NCBI RefSeq assembly: GCF_009914755.1 | Contig: NC_060927.1 | From: the human T2T-CHM13v2.0 reference genome, Homo sapiens | Direction: 5' to 3' (one strand) | Length of the DNA stretch: 64,000 bases | Part shown: piece by piece, positions 1 to 14,570 of the stretch | Layout: each line of letters starts with the position of its first letter | Position numbering within the stretch: position 1 is the stretch's first letter | The notes under the pieces: generated by a model | Told to the model about the DNA's origin: nothing | Seen by the model: only the letters and a program-made list of their open reading frames with translations | The model's database searches: none | Program-made: the position numbers and the translations under genes

Positions 1-470
1 CTCTCCGGGCTGGCGTCATCCTTCTAGACACAGCTTCATAAGTTTGCCATGTGCAGTGACCCTGTGTTGACACCGAGCCATGATACAAACTATGGGATTG
101 TAATGAATCTCTAATTACCCACAGTACCTCAGAGAGTCGTCAGCCCTGCTGCTCAGCTATATTCCCCACCAATTTGGTCATCACCAAGCATTCAGACTGC
201 AGCCAAACTCTATGCCTGGAAACTGGAAGCCCCCACAGTCTCAGCCAAATGAGGCTGGCTCTGCAGGCTTCTGGGAATGACAGGATGATTTGCTCCCTTG
301 TTATGAATCAGAGAGGGCGTTTGCACATGAATCATTTAGCTCTGCATGGAGACCCTGTTCTCAACTTTTATTTCTCCTGTAGGTCAGGCTGAGTGGATGC
401 TCAGGAACCCTCCGGTGATTGCCCTTGGGTGAGGTGGGGGCGGGGTAAACATTTTTAATTTCGTGGGATA
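1..470. promoter_or_regulatory. Candidate enhancer/promoter-flank segment (edge of a GC-richer unique region)
   Basis: Non-repetitive and GC-richer than its flanks, with several retained CpGs. Contains CRE-like TGGCGTCA (11-18), two TGAATCA motifs and a GC-box GGGGGCGGGG (436-445). Function is inferred only. Confidence 0.3.
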
Positions 471-639
471 ATTCTGAATCCTACTTCTTAAGCTAAGCCA
501 AAATGGGAGGTGAAAACTTGTCTAGGTTTCATAAAGTGACAAGCAGCAGATTTTTATTTTTCAATAGAAAATGTCATATCTTACCAGTGGGGAAAAATAG
601 CTTCAGAAAAATGACAATAATAATATCCCTCCGCCCCCC

Positions 640-830
640 CACTACATGCTGGAAATTGCTCTAGAGGCTGTGTATACATTATATCTAATCTTGACTAAGA
701 CAAAAACACAATCGACCAACAACAAAGTCATTTTACAGACAAGAAAACTGAGGCTTGGACTGGTTAAGTAACTTGTTCAACTCATATCGCTAGAAAGCAG
801 CAATTTGTCTCATTCCAAGGCACAGGCTTT
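640..830 (-). mobile_element. MIR SINE fragment
   Basis: tttacagacaagaaaactgaggct...ggttaagtaacttg is the reverse complement of the MIR core. Confidence 0.65.
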
Positions 831-2164
831 CTAAGAATATTTAATAGTTGGAACTTAAGAGAGATCACTGGTCTTAAAGGGAAGATGGTCTTTTAATTTA
901 CTATCAAATCTCAGTTGAAAAATTACTCCTGGTTTCCAAAATAAGTCATAGAATTTATTTTTTAAAGATTGAGTGAGATAATCAGCATGAAAATATTGAC
1001 TTGAAAAAAGTTAGTAAAATACTCGAGAAAGTGCTCAACTAAGTCAAGAAACATTTCAATTCAAATATCACTGATACAAACATTAACTATTCTTTTCAAT
1101 ATTCAAATATCCCCTTGCATGAGACAGGTGCTGGGGAAATAAACATGCATAAGACACTCTCCACCTTCAAGGAGCTTAGAGGACATTATTGATGTTGTTC
1201 TTATTTCCCACATAATATAGTATTAAAAGTTTTATTTATACAGTGCTATATGTGAAACTTTTTAGAGCAGGTTACTAACTAATATTTCTCCGGTTTTTCA
1301 AAACCGGGGCTTACCATAGCATGAACGGTGTCATACTGTTCAGTTTGTGTGAGTTGAGGATGCCTATGGCCACTCGATGTTCAGGTTATACCCAAGCAAT
1401 GTGAAAAAGTTTTTCAAGGAATAAATGTATGTATTCCAAGGTTGTGTTTTAAAACAGAAATGGATGAGCCATAGGAAGTGGTCATGTGTTTCTGAAGCCA
1501 GTCTATTTTCCTAGCATCAGGACATGATTTTAGTCCAGAGGCTCCTTGCAATCCAATTGGTTTCCCGAATTTGCAAGTAATTTGTACTTTCTGTTGTGCA
1601 ACAAAGCTTTGTGATTAAGACAGTACTACTCTGTTCTTGAGACTTACAGCCTTCTCCTACCACCTAGAACAGATAATAGAAAGTAACTTTACTCATAGGG
1701 AGCATTTTTATAATTAAAATTTATAGTTCCTAAATCCAGAGTCTGTCAATCATGCCATCTCTCACCTCATCAATAAACTAATACGAAGTTTTAGCTGGAA
1801 GGGAATTTGGAGATTAATGTCTTCATTTCACAGATGAAGAAACTGATGCACAGAGAGGTGAGGAGACTTCAAAGACAAACTGAAAAAATCTGGTATACAG
1901 GATGCTAATGGAATATAAAGACGTTCTACCTGGGGTAAGAAGTTCGCATTACTCTATTTTTGAAGGTTTGCTCCCACTGTAGTGTTTCCTATATGTCCCT
2001 ATCAAGTCGATGGCAGTCTCATTGTCTTTCTAAACAAGAGCCACTTCCCAAGAAGTCTGTCAACATTTTGGAAATATAAGTTCAAGCAACAAGATAATTT
2101 AGGATGTGCCTATATGAATTGAATATAACATAGGGTTCCTAAAGCCTTTCAACCATTACAGTTC

Positions 2165-2340
2165 ATAATGCTACAACTTACTGAGCACCTTTCGTATGTC
2201 ATGTATTATATATAGTGTATCACTCATTTTCACAGGCCAGAATCTATTATGAATCCCATTTTACAAATAAAGAAACAAGTGATGTTCCTACAGTCACACA
2301 GATTGTAAGTGTAATCAAGTTTCATCCACTTCTAAAGATC
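2165..2340 (-). mobile_element. MIR SINE fragment
   Basis: ttactgagcacct...cccattttacaaataaagaaac...gtcacacag matches the antisense MIR core. Confidence 0.55.
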
Positions 2341-2778
2341 AGGATGCTCCCCTCCCCACCATCTGTGAACCCAAGCCCCAAAATAAGCAGAGGGTGGTAG
2401 TCTTGCTCCATTTTCAAAGCACATAAAATTGTTGTATCACGAATTTAAGGCTGGGAGGAAGTTTTACACATAACATCCTTAGCTACGTCTCTCTACCTAC
2501 AAGGAGTCTCAACCTAAGTCATGGTCCCCTTTGTCTCACTACAGCCACTAAGTCAACAAAAGTATTCCTCTCTGGCTCAAGAAGAATGAAAGACTAGAGT
2601 TATGCCTCCAATGTCCACTTCCAGATCAGCCTTAAAGGAGTAAGAAGTAAGCATTGAGTAGAGATCTCTCCAGGCAAAAATGTGTATTTAATAATATTCC
2701 CTTGCCTGTTATTATTATGTTTCTGCTTGGTAGTTGAAACCGAACTCCAGAAAATACCTATTAAAATTTACCCATTCA

Positions 2779-3318
2779 GGCCAGCTGCAGTGGCTCGTGC
2801 CTGATAACCCCAGCACTTTGGGAGGCCAAGGTGGGAAGATTGCCTGAGCCCAGGAGTTTGAGACCAGCCTTGGCAACAAAGTAAGACTCTATCTCTACAA
2901 AAAATAAAAATTAAAAAAAATTAGACAGGCATGGTGGTGCGTGCTTGTGGATACTGGGAATAACAATAAAAAAAATTGTTACTGTTTCTTTGTGAAAAAA
3001 GTCCTAACATATCAAGAATATACAATTTTCAAATACATTTCATTGTGGTAGAGAGAGTTCTTACAGTTATTTTATGTGATTCTCAGATTTCTCACCCTCC
3101 GTTATGATGAGATAGAGATAATCTGCCTAATTCTGGCCAATGGATCATATAAGTGAATTAGGCAGATTATCTCAATATCTCAATATCACTTCTTCTCTGA
3201 GGTACATTGGAGGCTGAGGTGGCAAGATTGCTTGATGCCAGGAGGTTGAGGCTGCATGTTCATGCCACTGCATTCCAGCCTGGGTGACAGAGCAAGAACC
3301 TGTCTCAAAAAAGTAAAA
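2779..3318 (+). mobile_element. AluJ, interrupted by a ~255-bp non-Alu insert (~2951-3205)
   Basis: Left arm, linker and start of the right arm at 2779-2950; the right arm resumes at ~3206 (ggaggctgaggtgg...tgtctc, A-tail). Degenerate 17-bp TSD taaaatttacccattca (2762-2778) / taaaatttacacataca (3319-3335). Confidence 0.9.
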
Positions 3319-3724
3319 TAAAATTTACACATACAGCAAAAAGGCTTAAAGAGGATTGGCTGTTCCATTTTTGTTCTCTTCAGCACCCACTTGGATCTGA
3401 AGAAGAGAGATAATGGGCCTTTCTACAATTCTGGTGGAAAACAAAAGAACACAACTACATTGTTAAAGAAGTCAGGTAACTGTCTAGAACAAGGCAGCAA
3501 ACAGAAACCAGCCAATAGAATAGATGTGGGTGGGGTTTTCCCAGTCATAGAGTTGTGTGTAAAGTATTAGAAGGCTTCTATGGATTTCCCTTGCATAGCT
3601 CAGTGCCTTGCACTCTTACTTAAAAAAACTTTTAAATAAGAAATTAAATTGATGTTTTCAGATGAAAGGTAGTGTATCTGTGATTATAAGATTAGTAATG
3701 AGCATGCTTGGGAGCTTTTCTAGA

Positions 3725-3980
3725 CAACAGAGTGGTGAGCCTAAGCTTCTGGGCTCTAGAAGCCAAATAGCCTAGGCTTGAATCCCAGTTGCATCACTTC
3801 AACTACGTGACCATGGGTATGTTCCTGACCTTTCTGCTGCTGTCTCACCTTCTTCTGTAAAACCGGGATAAAAACAATACCCATTTCATGGAGTTATTGT
3901 GGGGATTAAGTGAATTAATATATGTAAAACACTTTGAAAGGTACATGGTACAAGGTACGTGCATGATAAATGTTCATTCT
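3725..3980 (+). mobile_element. MIR (near full length)
   Basis: agagtggtgagc...gggctctagaagcc...ttgaatcccag...ctgtaaaaccgggata...gattaagtga...tgataaatgtt follows MIR consensus order. Confidence 0.8.
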
Positions 3981-4544
3981 TAGAGCTTTTGTGTTTGTTT
4001 TAAACAGGTCTTTAATAAAGCTAGTATATAGTGGAACTTGAACAAGAGGGAAAAAAGACGTTTTGCATTAATTATGTACTTTTAAAGCACTCTACTGCTG
4101 CTTCCTATTTCTTGGTGTTCATCTGGGTGTGAACATGGAACTCACTCTGCATAGACAGGAAAACAGTATTGCGTTGTGACTCTCATTAACACCAGTGTTC
4201 AGGAGTGGAGTCATCAGCTGGGATCGTCTCAGTGAGATCTCAGGGGAGTCATAAGTCATAGCCCAGTCGTAATATTAAAAGCAATTACTTCTGGCATGTT
4301 TCCTGCCATTTGATATTTGCAGACTATTTTGTAATCTTCTGGTTACCCTTTGCCCATCTGCTTGTACCTAGAGAGATGACAAATCTTCCTTCTGCTTAAC
4401 AAATTCTCCTAAATTGATGGAGTAACTCAGAGTAAGAAATAAGAATGAACCTCAAAAGTTTTTCACTTTTATCCTCAAGTTTAGTCCTGCTGTAAAACTA
4501 TAATAATTTAATCTTTGAGAGACCAACAGAAATAAGAGAATAAT

Positions 4545-4770
4545 AATAATTATTATTATTGCTAATATGTGTTGAGTGTTTACATATAGTATTCTAAGCA
4601 TAATACTATGATGCAAATATTCTTATTCCGTCTATGAGAAGGAATGACATGAGAAAACCAAGACATAGAGAGATTAAATATTTTGCTCCATTTGCATGGC
4701 TCCTGAGTGGTAGAGAATTCAAACCTAGACAGTCTCACTCTGGGGCCTATGTTCTTCACCACTGTGCCAT
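4545..4770 (-). mobile_element. MIR
   Basis: Antisense MIR core, ending gaattcaaacctagacagtct...ctctggggcctatgttcttcaccact. Confidence 0.7.
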
Positions 4771-5100
4771 AATAGAATCCTGCTTGAATCCATGACCCAA
4801 TGAAGTAATTTCAGACCTTTCTGCACTCTCTTTTGAACGAGAAAATAACTGATGAAGTTTGGCTTGAAAACATGTACAAACATGCAACAATGCAGAGCGG
4901 GTCACTAGGACGAAGTGCCTATCTGAGAAGCTCTCCACCTATACCTTGGTAAATTTCTTACCATTTTGAGTCTTCCTTAGAAGGTCAGGAACTTGATTTT
5001 TCTAAAACACTAAAAAAGATCCCATTTCTCAGGGCTTAGCTCATATTAACTAAGCTTAGAAAGACTGGGAGGCAAATCAAACTGCCAAAATATTAATCTA

Positions 5101-6770
<1,670 letters not shown>

Positions 6771-6944
6771 GGGAACAGGTAAGATGAGATAGCATCCAAT
6801 AGACAATAGCATCCAATCAATTTAGTCAAATCGCATTGGCCTAGATATCTGTTTTTTGAACCATTGTATGTTAATTTTGAGATTTAACTTCCAAGAGCCA
6901 TTTTGTTTCTGCCACCTCCAGGTTTCTTGAAGGCACCTTGGTAT

Positions 6945-7085
6945 GTCCATGTTGGTGCCAGATGTTAGTAGTGAGGCAGGTTGTATGTATGTAGGAACAA
7001 GGATATAGGGAAACTCTCTATACTTTCTGTTCAACTTTGGTGTGAACCTAAGACTGCCACTAAAAAATAATGTGTATTTAAAATT
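6945..7085 (+). mobile_element. L1MC/L1MD-type 3' end fragment
   Basis: gatgttagtagtgaggcagg...gggaaactctctatactttctgttcaactttggtgtgaacctaagactg...aaaaaataa. Confidence 0.7.
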
Positions 7086-7094
7086 TTGTTTAAA

Positions 7095-10000
7095 GTATCA
7101 ACAGAACTAAATATTATTTCTTTGAAAAAATAATAAAATTAATAATTAACCAACAAAGCCAATCAAGACACAGGAGAAAAGGAATGAATAATAACACACA
7201 TGAATAACATAGGAATGAAATAAATATTACTAGATGAAACTCTAGAGAAGATAAACAGAGCATAGAGAAGATAAAGCAGAGATTATAGAGGTTAAAAATT
7301 AAGTTTCAATTAAAAAGATAAAAATAGAAATCCAGATATATGAAAATCATTAGTATTTTCTTAAGTGAAAATTGCAAAAACTTGGGTTGATCTCCCAAAT
7401 ATCTGAAACTTGAGCTTCTAAATAACCATGGGCAAAGTAAAAATTCAAAAAACTTTAGAAAATATTTTGAACTGAATGATAATGAAACAAAAAATATCAA
7501 AATTTATCAGATGCAGCTAAAGCGGTGCTTAGAGGAAATTTGTAGCTTATATTAGAAAATAAAAAGATTTTAAAATCTGTGATCTCAGTTTTCAAATTAA
7601 GAAACTAGAAAAGGAAAACAAATTAAACTTTAAAAGAAGAAAGGAAATAATACGGATTAGTGTAGAAATAAATAAAACAGAAAACAAAAGCAACAAAGAA
7701 TACCAACAAAGGCAAAAGTTGACTCTCTGTGAAGATTAATAAAATTGATAAACCTATAGCAAGACTAATCAAGAAAAAGAGAAAGTGAAAAGAGAGCATC
7801 AATTTAGATCCTAGAGACATTAAAAGAATAAAGGAATGCTAAGAATAGTTTTATGCCAACAAATTCAACAGTTTAGATTAAAAGGACCATTGTTGGGAGA
7901 CATACAATTTACCAAAACTGACACAAGAAGAAAAAGAAAATCTGAATAGTCCCTAATCTATTTTTAAGTTTGAATTTATAATTAAAAAAAAATTCTCACA
8001 AAGAAAACACCAGATGCAGAGTTCATTCCCATGAAAGAAATAATACTAATTCCATGCAAACTATTTCAAAATATAGAGAAGGCTATGTGCCTCAACTCAT
8101 TTTATAAAGTCAGCATCAGCATGATAGCAAAACCTGACAAAGACATCACAAAAAAAAATTGCAGGCAAATATCCTCCATAAAAAAAGAAGCAAAAATTCT
8201 GAACAATAGAATAGCAAATCAAATCCAGTAATATATAAAAGTAATAATGCATTATAATCAAGTGAAATTTATCCCAGGAATTCAGGTAGATTTAGCATTT
8301 AAAATCTATCAATATAATATACCACATTAACAGAATAAGGAAAAAAGTTAGCATTCCAAATAGATGTAGAAAAAGTACTTAATAAAATTCAACACTCATT
8401 CATGATGCAGACTTTCAGCAAACTAGAACTACAAGGCAGATTCTTCAATCTAGTAAGGTACATCTATGAAAAAAACCTCAGCTTACATCACACTTGATAA
8501 AATTTTGAAGGCTATTTCATAAGATTGGGAACAAAGCAAAGACGTCCACTCTTACCACTTAAATTAAAAAGCCACTTAAATTAAAAATCACCACTTAAAC
8601 CACCACTTAAACTAAAAAAAAACATTGCAGTGGAGTTTTTGGAATTATAATAAGGCAAAAAAAGGTAAAGGAAGGAAAAGTAAAGAAAGAAGTAAAATTG
8701 CCTTTATTTGTATACAACATGATTTTACATGTAAAAAACTCAAATAAAAAAGAAACCACTATAACTAATAAGTGAACTTAGCAAGATTGTAGGATAACAA
8801 GCCGATATACTATAAGAATTCTATTTTTGTGTTCTAAAAACAATAAGAAATGAAATTTTAAAAATACCATTTTCTAAAGCATCAATATTTCAATATACTT
8901 TGGAATAAATATAGCAAAATATATGATATCTTTATACTGAAAATTAAAATATTCCTAAGAAAAGTGGCCTAAATAATGGAGAGATACCATGTTCAAGGAT
9001 TGGAGGACCCAAAATTACTAGATGACAATAGTAATTATAATTTCAATAGCACTAGATGGTAATATAAATTAACCTAGAATATCTATGACAATGATAAAAA
9101 CAGAACAACAAAATTGGAGAACTTACTATGATGCTAAGTAAGAGAGTATGTTATGGGCATAAGCATATTGGTATATGTTATTAGTGTACATATCAAAAAA
9201 ACAGAATTAAAAAATCCAAAGATAGGCTTCCATAGGGGTGATCAATTGATTTTTATCAAAGACGTCAAGACAATTCAATGAGAAAAAGAAAGTCTTTTCA
9301 ACAAATAATTCTGGAACAACATGATATCCAAGGGGAAAAAAAATGAACTTTGATTCTCTATCTCACATCATGCAAATAATAATAATTTGAGATAGGTTAT
9401 AATCTAAGTGTAAATGCTAATATTACAAATCTGATAGAACACATAGAATATCCTGACAACCTTGAGGTAAGCAAAAGTTTCTTAGGATACAAAAAATGCT
9501 AACTCAATAAATTTGATACATTGCATATCACCAAAATTTAAAACCTCTATACATCAAAAGATATGATTAAGAAAATAAAAAGACAAGCCACAAATTGGAA
9601 AAATATATTTGCCATTTACATTTCTAACAAAGGACTCATATATATAAGATATAAATACCCACAAATCAATAGAAAAAAGACAACCAAATTTTAAAATGGG
9701 CAAAAGACTTTAACAGGAACTTCATAAAAGAAGATATATGAAAGACAAATATGCCCATGAAAAGATACTTTAAATATTACTCATTAGGGACATGCAAATG
9801 AAAATCACAATCAAATATCACCACATGCACACTTGAACAGCTAACATTTAAAAATATGAAATACTATATATTGGCAAAAAAAGTATTACACAGGAACTCT
9901 CATACATTGCTGGTGAAATGTAAAATAGTATAACTACTTTGGAAAATTGTATGGCTGTGTCTTATCAAGTTTATCATTCACCTGCTCTATGACTCAGGAA

Positions 10001-10530
10001 TTCCACTCTAGCTATTTATTTAAGAAAAATGAAAACATACATTCACAAAGAGACTTGTACAAAAATTTTCACAGCAGATATATTTGTAATAGCCAAAAGT
10101 GGAAATGATGGAAATGTCCATTAAAGGAAAATAGATAAACAAATTGTAGAATATTTATACAATGGAATACTACTCAGAAATAAGAAGGAACAAACTGTTA
10201 ACACATTAAGCAATATGGAGGAATATAAAAATATATTTGAGATAAAGAATCCACATACTGCATAAAAGAAAAGAGTACTGCATAAGTCTATTCATATGAA
10301 ATTCAAGGACAAACAAGACTAATCTATGGGTTAGAAATCAGAAGAAAAATGTTTCTCTGAGGTAGAGGGCAGGATTCCCTGGAAAGTGGCATGGAAGAAC
10401 TTTTTGCTGAGATGAACTATTCTATATCTTTATGGATGCTGATTATTTAGGTATGTACATTTGTCAAAATTCTCAAACCATCTGTACATTTGCTACATAT
10501 AAATTTTAATACACTAAAAATTAAAAATTG
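7095..10530 (+). mobile_element. Old L1ME-type LINE: degenerate ORF2 plus 3' end
   Basis: Colinear decayed ORF2 motifs (gatgcagctaaagcggtgcttagagg, aaacctgacaaagac, aaaattcaacactcattcatgat, cttttcaacaaat) and an L1ME-type 3' end (aatctatgggttagaaatcagaa...ttgtcaaaattc). Many stops and frameshifts. Confidence 0.85.
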
Positions 10531-10559
10531 TAAAAGTAGGCAAAAATAACACATTCTAG

Positions 10560-11280
10560 AAAAGAAAGAAGTGATAAGTCTACTCAATTATTGAAAAGCT
10601 GAATGGTTCTAAAACAATGGAAAAAAAAATGAATCTGCAGTTCAAAATCTTCTTAAAAACCAAATTACCAGGCTCTTTCTGGATAGAGAAAAACAGGCTT
10701 TGAGATGTGTGTGATCTTGACAAGAACAGATCAGACAAGGACAATTTTAAAAAGTTAAATTACAGGCTGAGTTCACCTTTGAACTTCAATGTAAAAACCC
10801 TAAAAGAAATGTTATCAAACCAAGCCTAACAATTTTTAGAAAGATGCTATTTTATGGCAGGTTGAATGTAATGTGAATTAAACACAGGAAAAATCTCTTA
10901 TTGTAATTTACTGTGTAAACTGGCTAAAGAAATTCCATGTAGTAATTTCAATAGAGGCAAATAGAAGCATCTTATCTTCCCAGGAACAAATAAAAAGATA
11001 CTCAATTTTACTAATAATCAAGGAAATATAAGTTTAAAAAAGATATATCATTTTACAATTTTTTTTTTGGCTCAAAATTAAAAATGCCAAGGTTGACTAG
11101 AATGTGGATCAAAGGGAACATATGCCCTGCTGACAAAGCACAAATTGATACATTCATTTTTGGGGAATAGTTGATGTTGCCTACAGAACTAGGCTCAGTC
11201 TTTGACCCAGCAATTCCATTTCTAAGTATATATTGAGAAACAAAAGAATTACTGTGACAATTAGAGGTGGGTTCGTGTAT
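10560..11280 (+). mobile_element. Highly decayed L1M fragments
   Basis: ORF2 and 3'-end-like motifs such as tttgacccagcaattccatttctaagtatata. Confidence 0.55.
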
Positions 11281-11338
11281 TGAGTTGGGTGGGAAGAGGT
11301 AGAGTGTTTTAGCCATGGGGTAAAAAAGAGACCCCAGA

Positions 11339-12340
<1,002 letters not shown>

Positions 12341-12431
12341 CAAGTTAGAACTAAAATATATGAAATCATTTCTAAAACTAACTAGTTATATCTGTAAGTA
12401 TATAAAAATTGGTATAAATAGCTCTGGCTAA

Positions 12432-14570
12432 GAAGTCCTAGCCAGAGCAATCAGGCAAGAGAAAGAAATAAAAGGCATCTATATAAGAAAAGAAAAAGCC
12501 AAACTATCTCTCTTTGCACACGATATGATTCTATACCTAGAAGACCCCATAGTCTCTGCCCAAAGGCTCCTGGAACTGATAAATGACTTCAGTAAAGTTT
12601 CAGGATATAAAATCAATGTACAAAAATCAGTAGCATTTCTATACACCAATAACATCCAAGCTAAGAGCCAAATCAAGGATGCAATACTGTTCACAGTAGC
12701 CACAAGAAGAATAAAACACCTAGGAACACAGAAACAAGGGAGGTGAAAGACCTCCACGATGAGAATTACAAAACACTGTTGAAAGAAATCAGAGACAATA
12801 CAAACAAAATGGGATAACATTTTATCTCATGGTTAGGAAGAATCAATATTGTTAAAAAGGCCATACCGCCCAAAGCAATAGACAGATCCAATACTATTCC
12901 TATCAAACTACCAATAATTTTCACAGAATTAGAAAAAGCTATTCTAAAGTTCCTATAAAATCAAAAAAGAGCCCAAATAGCCAAAGCAATCTTAAGCCAA
13001 AAGAATAAAGCCAGAGGTATCACATTACCTGAGTTCAAACTATACTGCAAGGCTGCAGTAACCAAAATAGTATATGGTATTGGTGCAAAAACAGACACAT
13101 AGACCAATGGAACAGAATAGAGAACTAAGAAGTAAAGCCACACACCTACAGCCATTTGATTTTCGACAAAGTCGACAATAACAAGCAATGGGGAAAGAAC
13201 TCCCTATTCAATAAATGGTGTTGGGATAGCAGGCTAGCCATATGCAGAAGACTGAAACTGGATCCCTTCCTTTAACCATATGCAAAAATCAACTCAAGAT
13301 GGATTAAAACTTAAATGTAAAACTATAAAACTATAAAAACCCTAGAAAATAACCTAGGAAATATCATTCTGGACATGAGCCCTGGCAAAGATTTCATGAC
13401 AAAGACTCCAAAAGCAATTGCAACAAAACCAAAAATTGACAAATGGGAACTAATTAAACTAAAGAGCTTCTGCACAGCAAAAGAAACTGTCAACAGAGTA
13501 AACAGACAGATGCAGTTTGTCAGATGCGTAGTTTGCAAATATTTTCTCACTATAGAGTGGGAGAAAAGATTTGCAAACTATGCATCTGATAAAGGTCTAA
13601 TATCCAGAATCTATAGGAAACTTAAACAAATTAAGAAGCAAAAACAAATAATTCCACTAAAAAATGTGCAATGGACATGAACAGACACTTCTCAAGAGAA
13701 GACATACATGTGGCCAACAAGCCTGTGAAATAATGCTCCATATCACTAATCATCAGAGAAATGCAAATCAAAACCATAGTGAGATACCATCTCACACGAG
13801 TCAAAATGGTTATTACTAACAAGTCAAAAATAACAGATGCTGGCAAGGAAGCGGACGAAAGGGAACATTTATACACTGCTGGTGGGAATGTAAATTAGTT
13901 CAGCCATTATGGAAAGCAGTTTAAATATTTCTCAAAGAACTTAAAACTACTATTCAACCCAGCAATCTCATTACTGGGTAAAAACTGAAAGGAATATAAA
14001 TTGTTCTACCATAAAGACACATGCACATGTTTGTTCATTTATATACCTAAAGGAATATAAATTGTTCTACCATAAAGACACATGTACGTGTTTGTTCACT
14101 GCAGCACTTTTCACAATAGCAAAGACATGGACTCAATTTAGATACCCATCAATGGTGAAAATATGGTACACATATACTATACACCACAGAAAACTACACA
14201 GCCATGAAAAAGAACAAAATCATGTTCTTTGCAGCAACATGAATGGAGCTGAAGGCCATTGTCCTAAGCAAATCAACACAGGAAGAGAAAAACCAAATAC
14301 TACATGTTCTCTTTCATAAGTGGGAGCTAGTCATTGAGTATACACAGGCAAATAAAAAGGGGGGAACAATAGACTCCAGGACCTACTTGAGGATGGAGGT
14401 GGGAGAAGGGTGAGAATTGAAAAACTACCTGTCCATATATTGGATAGTATGCTCATTACCTGGGTGATGAAATAAGCTGTACACCAAACTTCCATGATAT
14501 GCAATTAATTTACCCATAAAACAAACCTGCACATGTACCTCTTGAACCTAAAATAAAAGTTGGAAAAAAA
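12432..14570 (+). mobile_element. 5'-truncated L1PA15/16-like LINE
   Basis: ORF2 fragments in the ORF track ([35 protein letters not shown]; [18 protein letters not shown]) and an old-L1PA 3' UTR ending ttgaacctaaaataaaagttgg plus A-tail. Confidence 0.92.

Noticed and set aside
102-115. The 14-mer aatgaatctctaat recurs at 47597 and 47615
   Set aside because: It is an AT-rich 14-mer and the flanks share no further similarity, so chance is a sufficient explanation.
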